A stretch of 63,930 nt of DNA, filler included, from Lama guanicoe (lineage: Eukaryota): the NCBI GenBank assembly GCA_013239625.1. It is 210 parts of 210 records of this genome, joined end to end, with 100 filler letters (N's around TTAATTAATTAA, not from the genome) between each part and the next. Parts side by side here need not be neighbours in the genome. Positions count along the whole stretch, not along the records: positions 36,887 to 37,091 come from PNXV01033027.1; positions 37,192 to 37,396 come from PNXV01033028.1; positions 37,497 to 37,701 come from PNXV01033029.1; positions 37,802 to 38,006 come from PNXV01033030.1; positions 38,107 to 38,311 come from PNXV01033031.1; positions 38,412 to 38,616 come from PNXV01033032.1; positions 38,717 to 38,921 come from PNXV01033033.1; positions 39,022 to 39,226 come from PNXV01033034.1; 202 more parts are not named here. One strand, 5' to 3'. A model generated the notes under the pieces. It made no database searches. It saw nothing but the letters and a program-made list of their open reading frames with translations, and was not told the origin of the DNA. The translations under genes were made by a program, and so were the position numbers. The first letter of the stretch is position 1, and each line of letters starts with the position of its first letter. Shown here piece by piece: positions 36,787-48,986 of this stretch.

Positions 36787-37801
36787 NNNNNNNNNNNNNN
36801 NNNNNNNNNNNNNNNNNNNNNNNNNNNNNNTTAATTAATTAANNNNNNNNNNNNNNNNNNNNNNNNNNNNNNNNNNNNNNNNNNNNTACTACTCTTTCTC
36901 TTTCTCACTTTAAAGTACGTCTATCATTGCATTCCCTTTGCCTGTACATCAGAGCAATGACGGTCTGAAAATGTACATTGAAAGATTTAAGAACTCGGAA
37001 GAAGTACACACTGGAAAATAACTTGGCTAGACTTTGATAAATTAATAAATCTGTGAGGACCTTGCTTCTAAGAAAATTACTCAAAAAATAANNNNNNNNN
37101 NNNNNNNNNNNNNNNNNNNNNNNNNNNNNNNNNNNTTAATTAATTAANNNNNNNNNNNNNNNNNNNNNNNNNNNNNNNNNNNNNNNNNNNNGGCGAAAAG
37201 CAGCTGTTGATGTAGGTCACAACAAGAAAGACAGGTGCTCGATTCAGAAACAAACAACTCCCCAAAATACCACTTCTGCCAGCTTCTAGAAAACATCAAC
37301 ATATTAAAGTGAATTGTAATTTTCACCGATTCATTGTACTAATATACGGATTATCTGTGAGAAATCAAGAATGGTTACAAGGTCATATTCTTTGGGNNNN
37401 NNNNNNNNNNNNNNNNNNNNNNNNNNNNNNNNNNNNNNNNTTAATTAATTAANNNNNNNNNNNNNNNNNNNNNNNNNNNNNNNNNNNNNNNNNNNNTGTT
37501 TATGAACAGGGAAAAGAAGCATCTAGCAAAACTTCTAGAAAGACACCTCAGAAATAAACATGGCAGCCAAAGGAATACACACCTTCTATTGTGCACTGTC
37601 CACCAGGATTTCACGATGCAAATCTCCCAGGATGGCTGAGTTCTCCAGCAGTGTGTTTCAGTGGTGGAAATGGAATCCTCCAGTCAACCACACAGAGTAG
37701 GNNNNNNNNNNNNNNNNNNNNNNNNNNNNNNNNNNNNNNNNNNNNTTAATTAATTAANNNNNNNNNNNNNNNNNNNNNNNNNNNNNNNNNNNNNNNNNNN
37801 N

Positions 37802-38006
37802 GTTTGAATTTCCTGCAGTTTTCACTGTAAAATAATGTGAAGCTTGTACCTCCCGAAATATATGTATATTCTGGGTTTGTAACAGAATAGAAACTTTGTG
37901 TTCCCAACAAGCTAGGTTAAGTTTGCCTTTCACACATGCTTATCTCTCAAAACTGAACATGTGTACAGATGTTCGTTCATCTAGCACAATGGAACAGTTT
38001 GCAGGA
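37802..38006 (+). repeat. ~250-bp tandem satellite family, copy D
   Basis: Shares TGCAGTTTTCACTGTAAA, AGCTTGTACCT and CAAAACTGA.CATGTG with 28348-28552, and a 28-bp exact match with the reverse complement of 8833-9036. Confidence 0.85.
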
Positions 38007-40851
38007 NNNNNNNNNNNNNNNNNNNNNNNNNNNNNNNNNNNNNNNNNNNNTTAATTAATTAANNNNNNNNNNNNNNNNNNNNNNNNNNNNNNNNNNNNNN
38101 NNNNNNAAATAATGGAAAAGCATGGCCAGTCCTCCAAAGACAAGGAAAATGCCAGGTTTCTGGACAAACATGAGCAGTGAGCACACCATAGGATCTTGTA
38201 GGTGGCATCCAGGCTATGGGTGGGCTCTTTCCATTCGGAAAATGCAGAATCTTCTGTGCACACATGTCATGAATAAATGTGAGGATAACTGTGCTTTTCT
38301 GCATTGTATTTNNNNNNNNNNNNNNNNNNNNNNNNNNNNNNNNNNNNNNNNNNNNTTAATTAATTAANNNNNNNNNNNNNNNNNNNNNNNNNNNNNNNNN
38401 NNNNNNNNNNNTGTTAAGTCATCTGAGGATCACTGCCGGGCAGTTCCCATGAGCTCAGTTCCTGCTCGTCACCCACGAAGATGTTTGCCCCCGAGCCGTG
38501 GTAAAAAGCACAAAGAACAGAAAGCCCTCAAAAGGAGAAAATAAAACCCCACTGAGCCAGCCCGCATAGTTTCCATGTCCCAGTCCCCGCAGCCTGACAT
38601 TCCGTTCTTGTCGATGNNNNNNNNNNNNNNNNNNNNNNNNNNNNNNNNNNNNNNNNNNNNTTAATTAATTAANNNNNNNNNNNNNNNNNNNNNNNNNNNN
38701 NNNNNNNNNNNNNNNNCAGAGTTGGTTACATTTTCAAAATGTGATTTCCGAGGGCTGAAAGTTTTGTTTAAATCTCTCCATGTTTATTTCCTCCAAGGAC
38801 CATCGTGGTGGCTACATATTGCAGTCTTAGAATCACTGGCTGCTGCAGGTCTAAGGGTTGGGATTCAGGGTGCAGTGAAAATGGGCAAAGCTGTCATCTC
38901 CATCCTCTCACCGCCTTTTCTNNNNNNNNNNNNNNNNNNNNNNNNNNNNNNNNNNNNNNNNNNNNTTAATTAATTAANNNNNNNNNNNNNNNNNNNNNNN
39001 NNNNNNNNNNNNNNNNNNNNNGCTAGCAGACCGCATGTGAATGCACCACCTGGCAAGCAAATTAGATAGATTCAGCCCCAGTGGGCCCCTCTGCGGGGCA
39101 CCCTCAAAGTTGCCTCACCTGGGTTATATTTCCTGACCCGCAAGAGTGCGAACTGGGCCATGTCTCCCTGGGGAAAACTTTTCGATCTCCAGGACCTGAC
39201 CCTTCTGTCACACTGTTGTCAGAAATNNNNNNNNNNNNNNNNNNNNNNNNNNNNNNNNNNNNNNNNNNNNTTAATTAATTAANNNNNNNNNNNNNNNNNN
39301 NNNNNNNNNNNNNNNNNNNNNNNNNNTTAGGTTGGCCATGTAGGTTGGTTCGTGAGGTAGTCGTTTTGTTACACTGGGTCTCCCAACCCAGACCTCTTCT
39401 CTGGATCCCAAACTCAGCATCCAGGTACATACTCAACATCTCATGCTGATGAGACAGGATGCATCCAGGTGAAGGATGGTGGTGGTGGCTGGAGAGGATT
39501 TTACACCTCAAACTTAACTAGTCCATGTTGGNNNNNNNNNNNNNNNNNNNNNNNNNNNNNNNNNNNNNNNNNNNNTTAATTAATTAANNNNNNNNNNNNN
39601 NNNNNNNNNNNNNNNNNNNNNNNNNNNNNNNAGGAAGTGCACTACGGGCAGAGGAGAAGCTTCGGGAGCCTGACTTTACACTGTTAGAAAAGACATTAAT
39701 CAGTACACACGTATCTGTTGTTGATACAAAATTAAAATTATCGAGTAGATACAGTCTTACAACTTGCCTTACACACTTGTTTCTTATACCATTCAAATAT
39801 ATGCATATGTTTATTCCATAAAAAGAGTTTATTTTGNNNNNNNNNNNNNNNNNNNNNNNNNNNNNNNNNNNNNNNNNNNNTTAATTAATTAANNNNNNNN
39901 NNNNNNNNNNNNNNNNNNNNNNNNNNNNNNNNNNNNGCTCTTGAGTACTTGAAGGTCCTGACCTAGGCAAACTCATGTAGAAGTCAAACACTGTCTTACA
40001 AAACCCAACCCAGGGTTCCTCTTTCTAGGTGTTTTCCTCTTTGAAAGTTTTTTTTTCCCCCTGCAAAGAGCCCATTTATCTTTATGTCACTCCTTTTTCC
40101 GTCTTTCCAACGCTACTTTCTTTAACAGGCCTGATTAATTCNNNNNNNNNNNNNNNNNNNNNNNNNNNNNNNNNNNNNNNNNNNNTTAATTAATTAANNN
40201 NNNNNNNNNNNNNNNNNNNNNNNNNNNNNNNNNNNNNNNNNCACTTTGTGAATAATGGTATGAAGTGAATCTCAACTTAGACAAACATGACATCATTCAA
40301 ACAAAGTCTCTTCCATTTGGAGGGAGAGGTGATCTACAAAGTAATCGTGCAGAGAGTTAACCTCACTTAGGTCAAGTCCAATCTCACGGAAATATGACAC
40401 TGGATCTGAGGCAAGAGGAGAAAGTAAGAAATTGTCTGTATACAAANNNNNNNNNNNNNNNNNNNNNNNNNNNNNNNNNNNNNNNNNNNNTTAATTAATT
40501 AANNNNNNNNNNNNNNNNNNNNNNNNNNNNNNNNNNNNNNNNNNNNTTGTATAATCAAGGGCATTAGAAATTAGAGACAGAGTCTCCTTCTGAGAGGGAA
40601 GGCAGTTACTTCATAACCAGGATTATAAACATCTGTCTTCAAAGCAAATGTTGTTGAGAGTTGACAGTTTTCTCCTCTTAAGGTTGGGGTTTTCTATGCT
40701 CGGAGTTCCTCACCTGTGACACAAACCCACTGTGTGTGCAGCATCCATTGGNNNNNNNNNNNNNNNNNNNNNNNNNNNNNNNNNNNNNNNNNNNNTTAAT
40801 TAATTAANNNNNNNNNNNNNNNNNNNNNNNNNNNNNNNNNNNNNNNNNNNN

Positions 40852-41056
40852 GCCAAGTTGCGCGGAAACGAGCGCCGGGCGGAGGCGGGGCGGGGCGGGC
40901 GAGAGGCAAACGTGCGCCCTCTGCCTGCTGCCGCGGGGCTGCCGGCGCTCCGAGACCGGCGGCCTCCTCACCCACTTGGACTCCGCTGACCTGGAGGTGG
41001 GGCCCGCCCGGAGAGCGCAGCGGCTCGGACGGGCCGGGCAGGTCCTGACTTTCTCA
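40852..41056. promoter_or_regulatory. CpG-island fragment with clustered GC boxes (Sp/KLF sites)
   Basis: Very high GC and CpG density against a CpG-depleted background; GGGCGGAGGCGGGGCGGGGCGGGCG at ~40877-40901. Confidence 0.75.
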
Positions 41057-41461
41057 NNNNNNNNNNNNNNNNNNNNNNNNNNNNNNNNNNNNNNNNNNNN
41101 TTAATTAATTAANNNNNNNNNNNNNNNNNNNNNNNNNNNNNNNNNNNNNNNNNNNNCTAACCACCTACCAAAGCCTTTTCCTCCTAATATTATCACATAG
41201 GGCACTAAGATTTCAACATATCAATTTTGAGGGGCACGCGAACATTCAGAAAATATTATGTAACTTTTATGTCAACCCAAAGGACTCCCTTTAGCATTTA
41301 TTTTAGGGCAGATGTGGTGGTAATGAACTCTCTCAACTTTGGCTTATCTGAGTTTTATTTTNNNNNNNNNNNNNNNNNNNNNNNNNNNNNNNNNNNNNNN
41401 NNNNNTTAATTAATTAANNNNNNNNNNNNNNNNNNNNNNNNNNNNNNNNNNNNNNNNNNNN

Positions 41462-41666
41462 AGGCAAAAATTTAATGGAAAGAGTGGCATTGGTTTACAA
41501 GTTTGCAAATCTCTCTAAAGGTTTGGCTTAGTAATAAAGCTGGATTCTGCTATCTGCTTCTGCGTCTAATGGGTTATGATGTGTTGTTTGGATCTGGCCT
41601 CAAACAGGTATGTAGTCGGAAAAGAGAGGAGTCTTTTAATAGTCTTTTCAAATAGTTGCAAACATT
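41462..41666. mobile_element. hAT-Charlie (Charlie1-like) DNA transposon fragment
   Basis: AAGAGTGGCATTGGTTTACAAGTTTGCAAATCTCT...AGCTGGATTCT..TATCTGCTTCTGC...GTATGTAGTCGGAAAAGAGAGGAGT. Confidence 0.7.
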
Positions 41667-41766
41667 NNNNNNNNNNNNNNNNNNNNNNNNNNNNNNNNNN
41701 NNNNNNNNNNTTAATTAATTAANNNNNNNNNNNNNNNNNNNNNNNNNNNNNNNNNNNNNNNNNNNN

Positions 41767-41971
41767 TACATTCTATATTCTAAATTCTTTATTCAGTATT
41801 CTGTATTCTATATTTCAATTTCTGTGTTCTACATTCCATGATCTAAATTCAGGTTTCTATATCCTCATTTCTATATTCTATATAATGTGTTCTATATTCT
41901 ATATTCTTCATTTAGTATTTTGTATTCTTTATACTATATTCTAAATTCTGTGTTCTACATGCTTTATCTAA
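41767..41971 (+). repeat. Degenerate (TATTCTA)n heptamer satellite, copy 1
   Basis: 7-bp periodicity across the contig; TCTGTGTTCTACAT recurs at 41821 and 41947, 126 bp apart. Confidence 0.85.
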
Positions 41972-42129
41972 NNNNNNNNNNNNNNNNNNNNNNNNNNNNN
42001 NNNNNNNNNNNNNNNTTAATTAATTAANNNNNNNNNNNNNNNNNNNNNNNNNNNNNNNNNNNNNNNNNNNNGCTGCCTTTCCTCTCACTACAACCAGCTA
42101 CCGCTGCTCACTGGAGGCCCAGCACTGGG

Positions 42130-42245
42130 TCTAAGGGCTTTACTCACTGTCTCATTTAATCCTCATCAAAACCCTACGGGACGGGCACCATCACTCCAAT
42201 TCCACATGTGAGACAACTGAGGCTCCGAAACTGAAGTGGTTCTTT
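42130..42245 (-). mobile_element. MIR SINE
   Basis: TCTCATTTAATCCTCATCAAAACCCTA...ACATGTGAGACAACTGAGGCTC. Confidence 0.8.
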
Positions 42246-42681
42246 TCCCATCTGAGTGGATTGCCCAGGAAAATAGNNNNNNNNNNNNNNNNNNNNNNNN
42301 NNNNNNNNNNNNNNNNNNNNTTAATTAATTAANNNNNNNNNNNNNNNNNNNNNNNNNNNNNNNNNNNNNNNNNNNNGCTGCAGTGAGATGCTCTAAGCCA
42401 GCTAACTCCTCTTCTGTGTAGGACCAGATGGAGAATAGAAGGTAATGGGAGGCAGTCAGGAGAGAAGATGCTTATTTGATTTGGTTTATCTACTTAGAAA
42501 TAACAAGAGCGCCAGTCCTGACCTCACCTGATCCAGACGTCTCATCGTGGAGTGAACTGTTGAAATCTGGCCTTCACACTTNNNNNNNNNNNNNNNNNNN
42601 NNNNNNNNNNNNNNNNNNNNNNNNNTTAATTAATTAANNNNNNNNNNNNNNNNNNNNNNNNNNNNNNNNNNNNNNNNNNNN

Positions 42682-42886
42682 ATTGTGGCATTTATTGAGT
42701 TTTAACAAATGCATACATCTGTGTAACCCTTGTCCCGAACAAAATAGAGAACATCACCTTCAACCCAGGAAGTCCGTTCACAGTCAGTCCCCACTTCCAT
42801 CCCCCAGAGATAACCACACTTCCAATTTTTTTCCCACTGTGGATGAGTTTTGCCTGTTTTATTCATTCATATTAGTGGAATCATTC
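42682..42886 (-). mobile_element. L1ME-type 3' UTR fragment
   Basis: GAGTTTTAACAAATGCATACATCTGTGTAACC...AATAGAGAACATCACC...CCCCAGAGATAACCAC. Confidence 0.7.
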
Positions 42887-44816
42887 NNNNNNNNNNNNNN
42901 NNNNNNNNNNNNNNNNNNNNNNNNNNNNNNTTAATTAATTAANNNNNNNNNNNNNNNNNNNNNNNNNNNNNNNNNNNNNNNNNNNNTGTTAATTTTTGCT
43001 TTTATTTCTATTGCCTGGGAGACTGCCCTAGGAGATAAATACCTGCAGCTAGAAAGAGCTGCACAGTTACACTGAACAGAATGGATGTGGGTTTCCTAAC
43101 TCAGGTCACGAGTGTGGAGCCCGCAGTGGACCTTGTAAGAGAAGAGCCCCGTCAGCAGTGACCTGTCGCTCTCGGCCTGCGCACAGCCATGNNNNNNNNN
43201 NNNNNNNNNNNNNNNNNNNNNNNNNNNNNNNNNNNTTAATTAATTAANNNNNNNNNNNNNNNNNNNNNNNNNNNNNNNNNNNNNNNNNNNNGGCTATGAT
43301 GGCACTCAGTCATTGCGAGATTCTCTCTCACCCAGCATAGTGACGGAAAAAATTGTAAATTTAATGAATTTTTCATGTGTGAACAGACACAAAGAAACTG
43401 AAAATAAAATGCCAGGTGATATTTATTAATAGATTAAATGCACATAACTACAAGGGAAAGAATGGACACATCTTGCTGGGTTATTGAATAAGTATTNNNN
43501 NNNNNNNNNNNNNNNNNNNNNNNNNNNNNNNNNNNNNNNNTTAATTAATTAANNNNNNNNNNNNNNNNNNNNNNNNNNNNNNNNNNNNNNNNNNNNAGAC
43601 TTCATTATGACAGCCTTGCTGGGCCAGGGCTGCAGACATGGAGGCCCCCCGTGAGAGAGCAGGGGTGCATGCCAGGATAGGCGTGGTGGCGACTGTCCAC
43701 TGGAGAGGAGACGAGGCCTGGACGCCAGGACAGAGACGCCTTGGGGAAAGCAGGCGCAGAGTGAGGACAGGCGAGGCCTCGGGAATGTCTGGGGGAGGGC
43801 ANNNNNNNNNNNNNNNNNNNNNNNNNNNNNNNNNNNNNNNNNNNNTTAATTAATTAANNNNNNNNNNNNNNNNNNNNNNNNNNNNNNNNNNNNNNNNNNN
43901 NTCCCTCCTCAGGGCTGCCATCGTCAGTCCCCTGGACGTCCCCTAATTCACAGATGCCTGAGCTCAACTGGGGAGACGCTGATGCTCACGGGTGAGAGCG
44001 ACCCACCCAGATCCCAGGCCTCACAGCTTCAGCCCTCCGCCTGCAGTGACCTCCCCGCTCCTCGGCCCCCACCACCCACCCCGCTGCACGCCGCAGACGC
44101 TCATCTNNNNNNNNNNNNNNNNNNNNNNNNNNNNNNNNNNNNNNNNNNNNTTAATTAATTAANNNNNNNNNNNNNNNNNNNNNNNNNNNNNNNNNNNNNN
44201 NNNNNNTTGGGCTTCATTCTAGGCAGCGTTTGTGAAATGCTTAGGGGAACTTTCAAGGTAATGACGCTGCATGAATCCAGGTAAGACTGACAAAGATATA
44301 GAACTGATGTTATGACGATGGTCACAAACAGTGGTTACGTCATTTGCTTTTTGAGTCTGTGTTGCAGAAACGTAAAAGAAATCTGTGTCTCAGATGGCAC
44401 TGTACCCGGTCNNNNNNNNNNNNNNNNNNNNNNNNNNNNNNNNNNNNNNNNNNNNTTAATTAATTAANNNNNNNNNNNNNNNNNNNNNNNNNNNNNNNNN
44501 NNNNNNNNNNNTCAGTTGTTAGATATATTACTATTTAACTGGGTTAAAATAGTTTCATCATCTTTAATCTCATCATTAAAATGTAAATCACTATGTCTTT
44601 AGTATATTATACTTGGTAATATTTTCATGATTGTTTCAAATTTTAACCCAAGTTTCACATTATTTTTCAAGTGATATATCACATAGTAAATCTGTAGATT
44701 CTTGAGCATTAAAATCNNNNNNNNNNNNNNNNNNNNNNNNNNNNNNNNNNNNNNNNNNNNTTAATTAATTAANNNNNNNNNNNNNNNNNNNNNNNNNNNN
44801 NNNNNNNNNNNNNNNN

Positions 44817-45021
44817 AGTTAATTTATAAATTTAATTTGATCCCAATCAAAATCTCAAAAGGATTTCTTTGAGGAATTAAATAAACTTATTCTAAGATAA
44901 TTTTGAAAATAAATAGATGAGAATATTAAATCAAGTTCTGTAGAGGGAAAAATGAGAGAAAACCAGATATAAAAAATATAAAGCAATGAGAATTTAAAAT
45001 ACTATAGAACTGGCACAAATA
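44817..45021 (+). mobile_element. Degenerate old L1M ORF2 fragment
   Basis: LIYKFNLIPIKISKGFFEELNKLILR resembles LIYRFNAIPIKIPAGFFVEIDKLILK. Confidence 0.75.
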
Positions 45022-45121
45022 NNNNNNNNNNNNNNNNNNNNNNNNNNNNNNNNNNNNNNNNNNNNTTAATTAATTAANNNNNNNNNNNNNNNNNNNNNNN
45101 NNNNNNNNNNNNNNNNNNNNN

Positions 45122-45631
45122 AGGGCACTGAGGGACACACACACAGTTCTGAAGACTTGTTTCCTAAGAACATTTTTAGATTTGAAGCAACTGACTGTCA
45201 CTAGTATCTGATGCTCCAAAGACATTATAGTTCCTGTGGAAATTCTGGAAAGAAAAATAATTATGTATTTACTCTGGATTAGCCTGGCACTTTTGGAATA
45301 CAGGAAGGAGTTGGTAGACTTAAAAGNNNNNNNNNNNNNNNNNNNNNNNNNNNNNNNNNNNNNNNNNNNNTTAATTAATTAANNNNNNNNNNNNNNNNNN
45401 NNNNNNNNNNNNNNNNNNNNNNNNNNAGGGCACTGAGGGACACACACACAGTTCTGAAGACTTGTTTCCTAAGAATATTTTTAGATTTGAAGCAACTGAC
45501 TGTCACTAATATCTGATGCTCCAAAGACATTGTAGTTCCTGTGGAAATTCTGGAAAGAAAAATAATTATGTATTTACTCTGAATTAGCCTGGCACTTTTG
45601 GAATACAGGAAGGAGTTGGTAGACTTAAAAG
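45122..45631 (+). repeat. Near-identical contig pair 5 (45122-45326 / 45427-45631), assembly bubble
   Basis: 4 substitutions, all transitions; 49 identical bases at each end. Confidence 0.95.
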
Positions 45632-45731
45632 NNNNNNNNNNNNNNNNNNNNNNNNNNNNNNNNNNNNNNNNNNNNTTAATTAATTAANNNNNNNNNNNNN
45701 NNNNNNNNNNNNNNNNNNNNNNNNNNNNNNN

Positions 45732-46241
45732 CAGAGATTTTAAATAGTTTGTATGTGTTTTTAAACGTAAAAAGCTAGAGTTAACTAATAATAAGGTAAC
45801 TATTTAATCAAAAATTAAATTGCACTCTTGGCCTGGACAAGGCAAACAGGATCAAAAACACAAAATCCCTTTTATGGAAGAAAAGCGTCCTTCAAAAAGC
45901 AAAGCTGACACTGGTGGTGTGTGTGCAAGAAACCCTNNNNNNNNNNNNNNNNNNNNNNNNNNNNNNNNNNNNNNNNNNNNTTAATTAATTAANNNNNNNN
46001 NNNNNNNNNNNNNNNNNNNNNNNNNNNNNNNNNNNNCAGAGATTTTAAATAGTTTGTATGTGTTTTTAAACGTAAAAAGCTAGAGGTAACTAATAATAAG
46101 ATAACTATTTAATCAAAAATTAAATTGCACTCTAGGCCTGGACAAGGCAAACAGGATCATAAACACAAAATCCCTTTTATGGAAGAAAAGCATCCTTCAA
46201 AAAGCAAAGCTGACACTGGTGGTGTGTGTGCAAGAAACCCT
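45732..46241 (+). repeat. Near-identical contig pair 6 (45732-45936 / 46037-46241), assembly bubble
   Basis: 5 substitutions; 49 identical bases at each end. Confidence 0.95.
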
Positions 46242-46341
46242 NNNNNNNNNNNNNNNNNNNNNNNNNNNNNNNNNNNNNNNNNNNNTTAATTAATTAANNN
46301 NNNNNNNNNNNNNNNNNNNNNNNNNNNNNNNNNNNNNNNNN

Positions 46342-46546
46342 CGCCGTCCTTCTCTCCCCTCAGACCCCGGTGACCACCTTTCTACTTTCAGTTTCTAAGA
46401 ATTTGACCACTTTATGTCCCTCATGTAAGTGGGATCGTGTGGCATTTGTCCTTTCGTGTCTGGCTGATTTCACCTAGCATAATGTCTTCAAGGCTCGTCC
46501 CTGTTGTAGCACGTGTCAGAATTCCGTTCCTTTTTGAGGCTGAATC
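46342..46546 (-). mobile_element. L1MB-type 3' UTR fragment
   Basis: TTCTACTTTCAGTTTCTAAGAATTTGACCACT...CTCATGTAAGTGGGATC...TGTCTGGCTGATTTCACCTAGCATAATGTCTTCAAGG. Confidence 0.85.
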
Positions 46547-47866
46547 NNNNNNNNNNNNNNNNNNNNNNNNNNNNNNNNNNNNNNNNNNNNTTAATTAATT
46601 AANNNNNNNNNNNNNNNNNNNNNNNNNNNNNNNNNNNNNNNNNNNNAAGCACAACAGCAAATAGCCTAAGACAAATCTGTCTGTGTGCGTGAGACACGTA
46701 GAGAACGCATGCACGCACGGTAATGTCTAACACAGAGGGAAGGACAGAGGGTCTGGTCAGTCTACCAAAGTGATTGCTGTGTTTTTGTAACTGCAGTCCC
46801 ACCAGTTACAATGTGTCAGTTTCTGGTGTGCAGCACCATGTCCCAGTCATGNNNNNNNNNNNNNNNNNNNNNNNNNNNNNNNNNNNNNNNNNNNNTTAAT
46901 TAATTAANNNNNNNNNNNNNNNNNNNNNNNNNNNNNNNNNNNNNNNNNNNNGTCGATAGTGATAACAGATAAAATAAACAACAGATGGGGGAGCAGGGAG
47001 AGTTTTACTGCAATAAAATACCAAGTGTCTGCTGGTAACTATGAAGGGAGGGCTGGAGTTGGAAAAATCAGCATCCTGCAGTCTTCCCGCAGTAAAGACT
47101 GTATCAGGCAAAAATCAGCCATGGTGTTCAATCCAGGTGAACATTTTCATGGGGAGNNNNNNNNNNNNNNNNNNNNNNNNNNNNNNNNNNNNNNNNNNNN
47201 TTAATTAATTAANNNNNNNNNNNNNNNNNNNNNNNNNNNNNNNNNNNNNNNNNNNNTGCTTTTAAAATCTTCTGTCATATGTATAATATGACCCAGGAGG
47301 GTGTTGTTTTCCTCCTCCTTTTTTCAGGGAGGAACTTCACTAACTAATAGATAATTAGAAGTTTGGTCATAATCTATCTTGCAAATTCCTTTTCTGGGAC
47401 GTTCTCTAAGACTGTGGGTTCTTTGGTCTTCCCCTCCTTCCCCCGGCCCTCCTTTCAGGGCNNNNNNNNNNNNNNNNNNNNNNNNNNNNNNNNNNNNNNN
47501 NNNNNTTAATTAATTAANNNNNNNNNNNNNNNNNNNNNNNNNNNNNNNNNNNNNNNNNNNNTTTATTAAAACTCTTAGAAAAGAAATGAGAGGTTGCATT
47601 ACTTTTGAGAACAGTGTCAGTAATCTGTATATCCCTATAATCTTGACTCCACACACTGATGGAACAAAAGAGAAAAAAAGGAAAATGAGCGATGAAATGA
47701 CTGTGGCAGTTTATGAATGAAAGGTACAGTTTTGCTGACCTCCGTATCAGGGTTCAACCAAAGAAANNNNNNNNNNNNNNNNNNNNNNNNNNNNNNNNNN
47801 NNNNNNNNNNTTAATTAATTAANNNNNNNNNNNNNNNNNNNNNNNNNNNNNNNNNNNNNNNNNNNN

Positions 47867-48681
47867 TTTAAAAAAGAGTGGCTGGATAGAACAGCAGAAT
47901 GGGAGCAGCTGAGGAGCTAATCAGCGAGCTAGAAGACTGAGCTAAGGGATTCCCTCAAAAAAGACGCAAAGCGCAAAAGGAAAGTTAGGAACATGGACAA
48001 TAATTTCATAAGTTCCCACATTCAGCTGACAACACTTTCAGAATGAGAGGACAAAGTGGATAAATGCGATANNNNNNNNNNNNNNNNNNNNNNNNNNNNN
48101 NNNNNNNNNNNNNNNTTAATTAATTAANNNNNNNNNNNNNNNNNNNNNNNNNNNNNNNNNNNNNNNNNNNNCATCTGGCGTGTTTGAGGAATTGTTGAAG
48201 GCGGGGAGCCTTTGTCCCTGGCTCTGTCCTGAGGGTGTGGCCCAGTCAATGGGACAACTGCAGGAACACAGAAGGCTTGCTGGGCGCCGGGCCATGTGCT
48301 CCCTGCTTCAGACATACCAAACGAGAGAGGCGGGAGTGATTTCTGTCCCCGTGTTACAGACGAGGATTAAGAGTCTNNNNNNNNNNNNNNNNNNNNNNNN
48401 NNNNNNNNNNNNNNNNNNNNTTAATTAATTAANNNNNNNNNNNNNNNNNNNNNNNNNNNNNNNNNNNNNNNNNNNNTTTAAAAAAGAGTGGCTGGATAGA
48501 ACAGCAGAATGGGAGCAGCTGAGGAACTAATCAGCGAGCTAGAAGACTGAGCTAAGGGATTCCCTCAAAAGAGACGCAAAGCGCAAAAGGAAAGTTAGGA
48601 ACATGGGCAATAATTTCATAAGTTCCCACATCCAGCTGACAACACTTTCAGAATGAGAGGACAAAGTGGATAAATGCGATA
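47867..48681 (+). repeat. Near-identical contig pair 7 (47867-48071 / 48477-48681), assembly bubble within a degenerate L1M ORF1-like sequence
   Basis: 4 transitions; 49 identical bases at each end; NSRMGAAEELISELED resembles ORF1p NSRLDTAEERISELED. Confidence 0.9.
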
Positions 48682-48781
48682 NNNNNNNNNNNNNNNNNNN
48701 NNNNNNNNNNNNNNNNNNNNNNNNNTTAATTAATTAANNNNNNNNNNNNNNNNNNNNNNNNNNNNNNNNNNNNNNNNNNNN

Positions 48782-48986
48782 GCTCATCTCCTGCTTATTT
48801 TCTCAGCTGTCCAGGCAGGCTTCAGGGCTCCGGCTACGGAAGGAAACGCAACAGCGCAACAGCCTTGACCTCTGCCCCGAGTGCCCGAGAACACCTCCTT
48901 AGGGCGCCTGCCCAAAGACCGTGTGCGCGAAGCGGCACAGAAACCTGCGCCTGCAAGGACAAGCCCCGCCCCTCCTTCACCGCGCC
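48782..48986. promoter_or_regulatory. CpG-rich promoter-like fragment
   Basis: CpG enrichment, GC box GCCCCGCCCC near 48963 and an NRF1-like TGCGCCTGC motif. Confidence 0.5.
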
